In this document: positions 25,801 to 38,283 of the stretch, in pieces
Numbering within the stretch: the stretch's first letter is position 1
Layout: every line of letters begins with the position of its first letter
DNA from: Utricularia gibba
Lineage: Eukaryota > Plantae > Magnoliophyta
NCBI GenBank assembly: GCA_002189035.1
Contig: NEEC01000014.1
Coordinates: 930,001-994,000 of the forward strand
Reading direction: 5' to 3'
Length of the DNA: 64,000 bases
The notes under the pieces: generated by a model
Seen by the model: only the letters and a program-made list of their open reading frames with translations
Database searches by the model: none
What the model was told of the DNA's origin: nothing
Position numbers and translations under genes: made by a program

Positions 25801-28800
25801 ATGCAAAAAGGAATAAGACAATACAATCTTGTTTCTCAACACTTACTGAAGCTTACCATCCAACAACATCAATAAAAATTTGTGTCGCAACTCTTTCTGA
25901 GTAATATTCAAATACCCTTGGAAAGGCTTCACTTTGGCGGGGATAAGTTGGTACAGACAATAATGATTCAAGACAGGTCCACTGAAAAATTCAAGACAAA
26001 AAAGGTATAGTCAGTTTTATGACCCTACAAGAAAAATAGTTTCCTCTATCTATATAAGAAAAAAAAAAGGAATAAAGAGTCACAACAGCAATGAGGGGCT
26101 CAATACTTCGCCTGCATTCTTATATCAAGAGTACTTGGGAGAAGTCTAGGTAAAAAAACCTTAAAAAGACTTATAAAAACTAACCTTCCAGTTCATCAGA
26201 ACTGCACGCCTTGATCTTACCAACTTCCCACAATCAATAACCTCATTTATATTGTCCAAGAAAGCAGTAATGAATGCATCAAATGGAGCTTCACCATTAA
26301 CTCTCATGGGTGCTGTGTTCTTAACACCGGAAACAAGATCCAATGGTATAGGAGCAACAAGAACAACCAATTTTCTTAGCACATGAGAACATGTTTCATA
26401 GGCAGCTAAGCGCATTTCAGCCTCAACCTGCTTTCCAGAAGCAACCTCAAGTGACACACATAATTCCATTAAGTAAATAGAAAAATGCTTTGAACATACC
26501 TCTGATGTAGGTGTAGAAGACATTATAATTTTCCAGCATAATTTCCAAAGGAAAGTTTGGGCTGTGTCATTTTGAACATTGGTTATAAAGCACCACCTCA
26601 ACATTGATGCCAGAACCCTTGTGGATGTCATCTGATGAAAAGTAATTAAAGCCGCAGAACCAGCATTGATTAACAGAATCAAATGACTCATGTACAAAAA
26701 AAAAAAAAAGTTTTGAGGTACCAATGATGATGGAGAAAAACATGAGTTCTCATGCAATTTTTGTTTTCAGTCCTGTCAAATTTAGAAATTCGCACTCACT
26801 TTTAAAGGTTTCCTATACCCTCGTCATTCTTTGTTTAAAAGGCTCATTCAATTTCCACGAAAATGCATACTTCATAAAATGATAGTGAAGACCCCCCTTT
26901 TTTTAGCAAGAAAAACGAAGTTACACATATATATAAAATCAAATGCACTACGTCCTTGACATGAGCACAATACTTCAATAAAGATGCTTTTCCAACAATC
27001 CAAATTAGTTTTTCTCGTCATGAATAACATAAGGGTCTTACGGCTTCCAAAACAGAAGTACATAGAGGAGGAGGCAGGCGCCGTTGACTTGGACCCCCTA
27101 GTTTCCCCTTAACTGAACCAGGAAGGACAACATTCTGTGGCACCTCTGACCAAAAAATGGAGCATAATGATTCAGAAAATGACACCAGTTCCTCCTGTCA
27201 AAAAAACTAAAAGAATTAAAGAGGCCATATGATGAGAGACCCTACTACAAAAGTCATCCATACCATAAACGAGAATAGTATTTCTGAAGTCTGGTAAGAA
27301 AAATTTGATTTTTCAACACAACTTATGCCATCAACAATCATTGGAAAATCTTGTTCTCTCATTTGTTGCCCTCCACTTGGCAATCGTTCATTGCCTCATG
27401 GGCGATTTCAAGTTCTTCAATAAAACAAGAGACAAGAATGAGAAATTTCACGGGCACCAACTTGGAAGAGTTCTTCTGTCGCAAGAGATCACCACCATAG
27501 CACCTGACAATCTAGACTGTACCACATTATGAAATGAACACAAAGGTGCATGGAAATGGGCAGAAGAGTGATAAGGTCAACAAATTGTGTATACGATAAA
27601 TAGTACATCTGACACTAAAAGTTCTTACAGTATTGAAATACACAACTCCATGCAATGAAGAAATAGGTATAATGTAGCAATTTCTGATGAATTTGGCTGT
27701 TGCACCAACTTAATACTCCCTTCTATTATACAGGAGTTATCATACAATATTCATACAAAAATTTGACACTTCTTTTGGGAGGCAGCTAAAACTGGTTTCA
27801 AGGAGCATGCAGAGTACAATCAAGAATGAAAATAGACAAGCAGTTCCGCACATGAAGACAAACATCTACATCTAATTAAGGAGTTGAACCTTGCAAATCT
27901 GGTCAATTTGCTCATCTTTGTTGCCTACAAGAAATAACACTCGAGCCCAACGTTTTGCTTCTGACCCCCATGCATCTAATTCTTCATCATCATAAAAAAA
28001 TTGACCTTCTTGATGGGGAAGATTGATAAAGCACCTAGTAAATTCACTAACTTCCTTTAAAACCTGGAATTTGGAACCATCTAGCCAAGATTTAACTCCA
28101 TTTCTCAATAAACCTAGATCAATACATGCAAGGTAAGTACATTGAGAACTAATCCTCAAAAAGTTTAACAACGAAGCTTACAAGTAAATTGTAATCTTAC
28201 CACCAAGATCTGTACACTCATGTGGAAAACCAGAAATGAAGTTCAGAAGGGACTCCAGAGGAACATAAGCAGCAGTTATCATCGACGAAGCAGCCAATAA
28301 AATCTTTTCACAAACTATGATTAATATGAACGTCAGCTTTAGTTTCAAGAATCATGCCAGTACTACAATAACTAAGTGGACTACCTTGATAACGATATTT
28401 AGCATTAAAATGCTGTTTGCTACAGTCAAGAATAAACCGAAGAATCTCCAAAAAATTAGCTCTATCATTTAGAAATGAAGCTTGAACAGGTTTCTCATCA
28501 GTGTCTGCACTGTTAAATTGCTTGTGCATATGACCATCAGGTTTTGAAAACCCACAAGCAGCAGCAGAAATGCATTCCACAAAACACATCAAGCCAGCTC
28601 TTCCAAAAGAATAAGTTTTCACAACGGATGCCATATCCACCAAGAATGGAATGCCCTCACTGTGAATAAATACAACATTTTCATAAATGCAGAAAATTTC
28701 TTGGCGTTCGCCGAAAGTATATGTAATAAAAACCTATAAAAAAAACATAACCAGACAAAATAATACAGTTTCAAATTTTGATAGCACGAAGGAAAAATGG

Positions 28801-31800
28801 AAAAATGTTCATTCTGGATTCTGCAGTGAAAGCTCAAGAATCAGAATAATGGGAAATTTATATTTTAAACAACTTCACTGTGCAAAAGATAGAGATCAGC
28901 GTGACAGAAAAAAATGGTTTGAATGAAACTCCAGTAAATAAGCATTGTCTTTGGAAAATGACCCAAAGCCACATGATTTTTTCCCAGTGGCCTACCTATC
29001 ATCCAAAATGCTAGTATATTGGCAGAAAAACCTAGATGCAGATTCAGTTGTCGATGACGTGTATGATGCTTTCAAACCTTCAACAGATAACGGAAAATGT
29101 AAGGAGGAGAATGATAGACAGTAGTGTTTTTTTTTTTTTTTAATTCAAGATCTCACAACCTAACTAATAAGGTTTTGAATGTGTTCACTTCTTGACTACA
29201 AACTGAATTAGTTTCCATAATACATCAACAAATACTGGCGCAAAAAAAAAGTTTTAGGAAAAATTTCAATTTATTGTTAGTACTGTAATCATTTTGATAA
29301 GCCCCTAGAACCTCTAGGAAGCTTTAAAATACATGTAACCTAGCCGTGAATATATAGCATAACATGCAGAGAGCAAACCAAATTCACTGTGGTGCACAGG
29401 ATCATCAAGCCCACGTAAGAGTGGGCCAAGTACAAAATCCTTTGGCACTAGCTTCATACAGCCTCTGAAATTGTCCCATTGAATTCCCAGAAATGAGTCC
29501 ATGATGAGACATCGCACTGTAGAAACACATTTAAATATTACTATGCCCTGCAGGATGCCTGCAAGCCTGACCATTAGATACCACCCGGGACAGTGAAAAT
29601 CATTACCTTGAGGATTACCGTGGAAAAAGCCATGCTCCCATAGGACTGACACCCATTCAAAAATTTGAGCAGAAGTATCCATGCGATTTTGATTATGATT
29701 TTCATTTGCAGAATAAACCAGATTCTCCGATTCCAGTGCAGAATGAAGCAAACGCATCATCTTTCCTCGAAAAGAGAAGGAACATGGTGTTAAACAGGGA
29801 AGTACCCACAATATTTTCTGATGTTAAACAGGTGTTAAGTCTAAATTACAGGATCTTATATCAGTATATTACTTCAAACATGTTGAAAAAGAGGGAAAAC
29901 TCTTTGAATATCAGCAATCAAGATAAATGCATTTGAAAACCACACTATAAAGGAAAAGGCAAACAAGTATGACTTGCACTCAGAAACCTAACTCACGCAA
30001 TAGCTTTGTACCTGATAATCCCAGGCTGCTTCAACCAAATGAGAGCCATATTCTTCAAGCATTTCATAAAGAAAAAGAAACGATTCCCACCTATGTTGCC
30101 CATTAAAAGTTGGTACACTGTTTTGGCATAATCTCCCAACACCCAATGACTTAGCTTCCTTGTCTGCCCATCTCCCTCGTTTGTCCATCAGTCTGGTATC
30201 AGGGGCTTCATCTCTACATCCTTCATTTACAATCTGCTTCTTGCCCAAGTTCAAAGCTTTTCTGAGTATATGAGCTGACTGCTTCCTCACCAACTTCTCT
30301 TTGTCAAGCTTTGGAAACAGTTTTGTGCAATTATCAGAGAAGCATATAGAGGCAACAGTTTGCACATAAAATCAGAAGAGCAGCCTATTACCAATCCTCT
30401 TTTTATTTCATCCCAAAATTCCTGATCAGCTTTTAAATAAAAAACCAGCTCATTTGAACCAGCATTCAAATCTTCACCAGTCCCCAGTGACATTGATAAA
30501 CAAAGAGAGAGTACATCATAAGAATCCCTTCTCTCACAAGAGCCTTGAGAGAACAGCAGCTTACAACAGTTCCATGTATTCCTCAAGAATTTAACCCTGT
30601 TGAAGCAGAATTCCTTGAATCAAATTGAACAGGGAAAAAAAAAAGAGGAAAGGGCTGTACTTTGATCACTGGGGGCAACTGAAGTACCTTTTTAACAGAT
30701 GTCGTGTCCCAGATGCAAATACTTCAAATGTACAATGACATGTAAATGCTTTACATATACATGGAAGAAGAAATCTTATAGCAGTAGCCCGATGCTCCAC
30801 ACTCTGTGAAAGCATTTGAATAGCGAGTTTCGATAGGTCCCAGACCAATTTTCCAGCAAAATCTTTTGTCCTGGACTCATACTCTAATGCTGATGCAGGT
30901 TTGGCCATTTCAGATTGATTTGGAATTGCAGCGTTTAATATCAAAGTTAATATATTACATGACACAGATAATGGAAAGTCATGATCGCTAAATACCAAAA
31001 AATCTTCATTTGTTCTGGTCAATTTACTCTGAGAATCATCATAAATGCCAGAGTTTATTTCATCATCACTTTGGAGCTTATAAGCTAAACTTTCATCCCA
31101 CTGGTAAATCAGCTCTTCAGTTTGCAGCACTGCTGAAACCGAAATTGCCTTCAAAAGTAACGGCACTACAGTAGTTTCAAGAACTTCCCAGTTGTTAGTT
31201 CGGGATACAACATGAAGAAACAAACTTGTAACCTACGAACATGTAAAATTTTAAGGTATGTTAAGATGCATAAATGTCTAAAATGATTAGAAGAAGACCA
31301 TATAGTATATTGCCTCATAAAGCAGCCCTTCGCTGTGCATGTGTACTGATTTCAATGAGGGAATCAACACTCTCCAAATAAAGAAGTGCACGTGACAAGT
31401 ACCTGCAGAATAATACCTCAAAATAATCAAAAGAAACCCCTCCCTTGGGAAGCAACAGTTTTCCGATACTGGGCAGAGTATAAAGAAGATGAACACGAGA
31501 AAGTACTGAAAATTAGGACAACAGTTTCGCTTACTGGACTTATTAAGTAGAAAACAGAGTGCTGAAAAATAGGACAGCGCGTGGTTACGCCATTCTTGAT
31601 CCAAGGTTTCGGTTTGTTGTACTTGCACGTGGCACTGCAACAACACACATCTCACTTATCTTCTTGCAATACAGGAGCTGCTTATCCAACAACCACAATT
31701 CTACATGCACTGAGAAAACAAAAAAGAAAGTTGCGTGCTCAAGCGCAGATAAACTGGAGAAAAATCATGCCTTCGTAATACTTGCAGACTCATTGAGCAG

Positions 31801-31923
31801 ACTACAGAAAAGAGAGGACGGCGATGCTGATGTCGACGCCAATATACATTCCACTAACGCCGGTACCCCATCAGGCGGGATGTGCCGAAAACTGCCGAGC
31901 AGTGAAGCGACGATAGGGTCCAT
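19811..31923 (-). CDS. TRM3: tRNA (guanosine-2'-O)-methyltransferase, TRM3/TARBP1-type, long N-terminal region plus C-terminal SpoU domain; apparent frameshift at about 27362
   Basis: Start [17 protein letters not shown] at 31923. Middle exons include [20 protein letters not shown] and KVRAWQMIC. SpoU motifs [29 protein letters not shown] and [36 protein letters not shown]; stop at 19811-19813. All traced exons were in phase except one. Confidence 0.93.
21862..21887 (+). repeat. A26 homopolymer in a TRM3 intron
   Basis: Counted directly. Confidence 0.9.
25163..25300. repeat. Degenerate tandem duplication, 90-bp period, in a TRM3 intron
   Basis: ATGAAGTG..ATCAACATAC at 25163-25210 and 25253-25300; 40/48 identical by hand count, each copy preceded by an A-run. 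Confidence 0.8.
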
Positions 31924-31958
31924 TCCAGAGGCCCCCCAGAGTGCTGCTCGTGCAGACA

Positions 31959-31967
31959 AAACCCTAA
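31959..31967 (+). promoter_or_regulatory. Telo-box AAACCCTAA in the TRM3 5' region
   Basis: Exact motif about 36 bp upstream of the TRM3 ATG. Telo-boxes are typical of plant translation and RNA-processing genes. Confidence 0.5.
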
Positions 31968-32643
31968 GGCTTTTTTGACAACACAACGGTCAAATAATGA
32001 TAGCGCATAATATGGAAAGAATATTCATACCATGATTGGACAGCGTCATATATTCGTACATTTCAACAACTAAAAATAACGACAGTCCAATCACATGGAA
32101 GATGACCAATGTCTCGTTCTTCGTGGTCCATAATTTTCTAGCTGCGAAGGGCGCAGAGATTTCCGGAACCGCTATATTTTACGCGTCCTCGTTCACATTT
32201 GGCGGTGGTTTCCGTCGTGATATCATCGCCTCGTTTCCGTCTGGTACTTGTCTCATCGCACATTTTCTTGAAATTTATTGTGCGTTACACTCAAGTTTTG
32301 TGATGTATGAATGGGGTTGTTGTGTTATTCTTTATTTTTTCTTTTCTAATGAAACTAATGAAATTGTTGTTTGTTGGCTGGTCAGGCGAGGGGTTTTAGT
32401 TCCCTCCATGTACATCTCTGTGGATTTGATGTGGGTTTTTTACCTCTGCGTTGAAGATGCGTTCTTTTTGGAATTTCAATGTGCTATTTCAATGGAAACT
32501 CTGAGGGCATTTCCGCGGGTCTTCTTTTATGCGAATAGGTTGCTTACTCCTCAACAAGCATGTGATTTTGTGTTTCTGATGTCTTTAGTGAGGCGGAAGA
32601 ACGAGGCTCCAGGAATATTGTGAGGGGAGTTTTCTTCCCTCAA

Positions 32644-34251
32644 ATGGGGTGCATGTGTTCTACTACAAGAAAGCAGCTTTATGGCTACGAAGATCCCATT
32701 GAACTTGCATCTCAAACTTATTGTAAGTTGGCTGCAGTTTCACCTACCGATGGTTATGATTGATCATGTGTATTGCATGACGAACCTCTCGTGCTTGCAG
32801 TTACAGTTAGTGAAGTTGAAGCATTATTTGAGTTGTTTAAGAGCATCAGCAAATCAATTGTAGATGATGGTCTCATAAACAAGGTTGTTACTCATAAATG
32901 TAACACGGGCATAATTGTGATTCTCAGCGTGATAAACACTTTTTATTCTGCTACCTCACCTGGTAAAGCCTTCTCGACCTAACTTTTGTGTAATTGCTGT
33001 TTAACATGCAGGAAGAATTTCAACTTGCTTTGTTCAATAATGGGAAAAAGGATAATCTTTTCGCTAATCGTGTAGGTACCCATAGCCCATCTGGTATTTT
33101 GAAATATTTTTCACTCTCTAGATAGTGGAAGTCTGCAAGTCTGGTGTTTAATGTTCTGAAATATTTTGTGTTAAAGCGAACAAAAAAATGATCATTCCTT
33201 TTAAATATAGTGGCAAGCATGGCTCAATCATGGTGTTTTGTTGTATAGGAAGGTTTACCATTGGGTCATAGAACTTTCCAATGTTAACTACGCTTTTTCG
33301 CTGCAGATATTCTATCTATTCGATGTAAAGCAAAAGGGAGTTATTGACTTCAGCGATTTTGTTAAATCACTAAACGTTTTCCATCCAAAGGCTCCACTTG
33401 AAGATAAAATTAACTGTGAGCTTGCAAGATACTTGTGTCCTTACTGAAGGTTTTTCCATTTGTTTCGTTGTATCACCCTGCATAACAATGTTTACTCTTG
33501 GCATTTTCAATGTAACAGTTTCTTTTAAGTTGTATGATTTGGATGGAACTGGATACATTGAGCGTGAAGAGGTAATATATTTTCTCTTGGCTTTCCATGC
33601 TCAATGTTGAAAGAAACTGCATGCGCATCCATCTCTACTTAATCTATTTATGGCTTGTACAAGTGACTTGATTTGCGTTCTCTTGTTGGATACTCCATGA
33701 AAATCTTATACTCTGTTCTTTTGTTGGAAAACAACTTCGGCCATGATTCTTGTTGTGATTATGCTAAATTTCATGAATATTAATATCAGCTGGTGATGGA
33801 CTTCGCTGCTGCTGATTTTATGCAGGTTAAGCATATGTTGATTGAACTTTTATTTGAAACTGAAGTAAAGCTTGCTGATGAAACCATAGAGATGATTCTT
33901 GACAAGGTAGGTACATGGAGAGCACATATTCAGCATCTGTTACTCACATCATTTTCCCCCAATCCAATTCATGAGTTCCATCCAACAGACATTTGTGGAA
34001 GCTGACGGAGATGGAGATGGGAAAATAGACAAGGCAGAGTGGTATGACTTTGTCTCTCGAAATCCATCACTCATGAAGATAATGACTCTCCCATATCTGA
34101 GGTAGAGTAACTGACCCCCATTGTTCTTGGCCAAAGATCAGCATCTCTAATTTGCTGTCTTTCTAAAGTGTCGGGGATTCTTTCCAGGGACATAACCACA
34201 ACATTTCCTAGCTTTATTTTCCACTCGAAGGTTGATGAAGCTGCTACCTGA
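32644..34251 (+). CDS. CBL1: Calcineurin B-like calcium sensor, CBL1/CBL9 clade, 8 coding exons
   Basis: [26 protein letters not shown]|[28 protein letters not shown]|[12 protein letters not shown]|[15 protein letters not shown]..|[18 protein letters not shown]|..|[25 protein letters not shown]|[23 protein letters not shown]. It has an MGC lipidation motif and the FPSF motif. CBL1 versus CBL9 cannot be resolved. Confidence 0.93.
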
Positions 34252-34674
34252 TTTGAGCCCCAGCAGCAGCAGCAGCTTGTTCATTCGTTCCCATGGCTAT
34301 AAAAGAAGCCATAGTTTTGAGTACATTTTGAAGAGCATTAATGTAGCTGTCTCAGCCTGGACAAGTTGTAAGGAAAGAGAGTATTCCCCATGCAAGCTAA
34401 CTGAGATGACAGACACCTCAACAAACAGAAAAAAAAAAAGACACTGCTTTTTATTTAAAAACCAAGATAAATGGAACATAATGTCATGGAAATACACATT
34501 TATCCTATTTAAGTATTGGTTTTACTTGCATGACCTAATAGCCCATGAACACGGAATAATGGCGCCAAAATGTTTGGAACCCTAATTCATTTGCTACGTT
34601 ATTCACGAAACCCTAGATCTTCTCTCGGGTTTTTGTTCACCTCTTGTTGTTGTGCATAGCATATTTGGGAGTAA

Positions 34675-35110
34675 GGGCCTGCCATCGGCGTCCATCTAGG
34701 AACTACGCAGTCCTGCTTCGATGGGTGGCGCAACATGATCGCGTTGAATCATCTCCAATGACCAGGGAAACGAGAAGCGTATAGGTGATGCTGATAAATG
34801 TGAAGTGACTGTGCATCTGCCCAACACCGTTTTTGTAAGATGCCCGATGTTCTTCTCTTGTTTATTTTGGTTTGATTTCTTTCTTATTTTTGGCTCCGTG
34901 GATTCAGCTGTCGTGCAGAATGACATCAAGTTGTGGCCTTTCAAGCTTGTATACCAACCAGCTGACGACCCATTGATTGTGGCGAAATGCAAAGATAAAG
35001 AAAAGAAATTTGAAGATGAAGAAATTTGATCCTGTGTTCGAATCTGCTTGTTTCTGTCATATGGTTGAATCTCCTTCGCTTGAGAGGATAGTAAAACCTG
35101 TTGTGATATC
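34675..35110 (+). pseudogene. HSP70: Degraded 5' fragment of a cytosolic HSP70/HSC70 gene
   Basis: Translates with two frameshifts as [52 protein letters not shown], then GTAAG at 34835, then [41 protein letters not shown]. Canonical sequence is [97 protein letters not shown]. No ATG and no rest of the gene. Confidence 0.88.
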
Positions 35111-35316
35111 ATTGATAAATCTCTTGATACATGCTTTGCCAGAATTCTGTAAAGATTAAGGTGTTCAGGGAAGCAATCTGCATACACCAAAACATTTCAT
35201 TTTTACACAGGAAATGAATTTGTGATCCCCGATACCTACATAAGAACATGCTCGCTTGGTTTTCTAAGCTTCCTTGATCTCATCATGCTAATTATTTGCA
35301 CATGAAGATCATTGCT

Positions 35317-37234
<1,918 letters not shown>

Positions 37235-37265
37235 GTGTAACGAGTGGCGGTGCAGAGGACCTGGC

Positions 37266-37273
37266 TATTTATA
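37266..37273 (-). promoter_or_regulatory. TATA box (TATAAATA) of BAM3
   Basis: Minus-strand TATAAATA ending 31 nt upstream of the ATG at 37234. Confidence 0.6.
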
Positions 37274-37511
37274 AACAGGAAGGGAGCGGCTCGGTAAACG
37301 TCGTGCCGGTTAAAGGCATACCATACTTTTCCAAAGTCGCCCCTACGCGCTTCCACATTCACCTGAACCCCACTTCCGAGAAACAGGCGGTAATTCTCGA
37401 TCTCATTCTCTTCACCTGCCCAAGTTACCAAATCGTGAAGTAATTAAGGAAATCACCGGCAGTAAATGCGGTGTCTTGTGGATGCTTCCTCATATGAAAA
37501 ATAATGATTTA

Positions 37512-37718
37512 GAGTATGTTTGATAGAAAGTATAAAGGTAGATAATTAAATGGAAAAAGAAAAACATGATATTTGATAGATATAATAAATTATATTTTGG
37601 ATAATTTATATCATGAATATGGGATAAAATAATGAAACATGAAAGATTGTGATAAAATTATCTTGTTATATATTTCTTTTCATATCAAGTATAACTTATA
37701 CATATACCAAACACAATA
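37512..37718. mobile_element. Tourist/PIF-Harbinger-like MITE candidate, 207 bp
   Basis: TTA on both sides (37509-37511, 37719-37721). Imperfect 14-bp terminal inverted repeats GAGTATGTTTGATA / TACCAAACACAATA, 10/14 match with a shared TGTTTG core. Very AT-rich interior. Confidence 0.5.
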
Positions 37719-38283
37719 TTAATGTATAAAATTTTAGTTTTTGGACATGTGAGGGTAAAAGGAGACATTAGTTGTGGTTCTGGGGAGGCTGATTCGGTGC
37801 TGACGGTGCAGTTGCCTGTCAGCCCCGCAGGAGTGGACAGGACAAGAGGCACAAAAACGATTGGCTCACATTCATTCGCGGCGGTTATAATCTCTGGTTC
37901 ATGGGTGGACAAAAGTATCGTGTTGCTGATATTTTACTGGGGGATAGATATTTGTGAGGGGTGGGAACGGATATTTTGGAATGGTATTCATAATACTCTT
38001 TTTCCTTTGAATGAACACGTAGGTGGGTCAGAGAGGAGGAAGATCCTTTTGGGGCTGCGGCAGATGCCGTCCACGCATCCTTGCGTGGCTGTGAATCGAA
38101 GTTGCCTAATCCATGGGTCTACCTTATCCCATGTGGGTGTGGGTGTTTTCCACTTGTGTTGGATTGGCCGTGCAAGATGGAAACAGGCAAAAGGTTTGGA
38201 CCATCATGTTCTAGTTCTCGGTTTGGGTACAGATTATACTGCTCCAGAGGTGGAATGAATATGAAGGGAGGGGGTGGGGGAAG

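Noticed and set aside
29517-29606. 90-nt in-frame stop-free intron in TRM3
   Set aside because: It has strong canonical GT-AG sites and its removal gives the expected GNPQVRC join; such introns arise by chance among more than 100.
31559-32623. Plus-strand ORFs of 139 aa and 195 aa
   Set aside because: The first is the antisense shadow of TRM3 exons 1-2. The second spans the promoter and the T-rich CBL leader intron and has no recognisable domain.
34696-35190. 164-aa minus-strand ORF
   Set aside because: It is antisense to the HSP70 relic and has no recognisable protein features.
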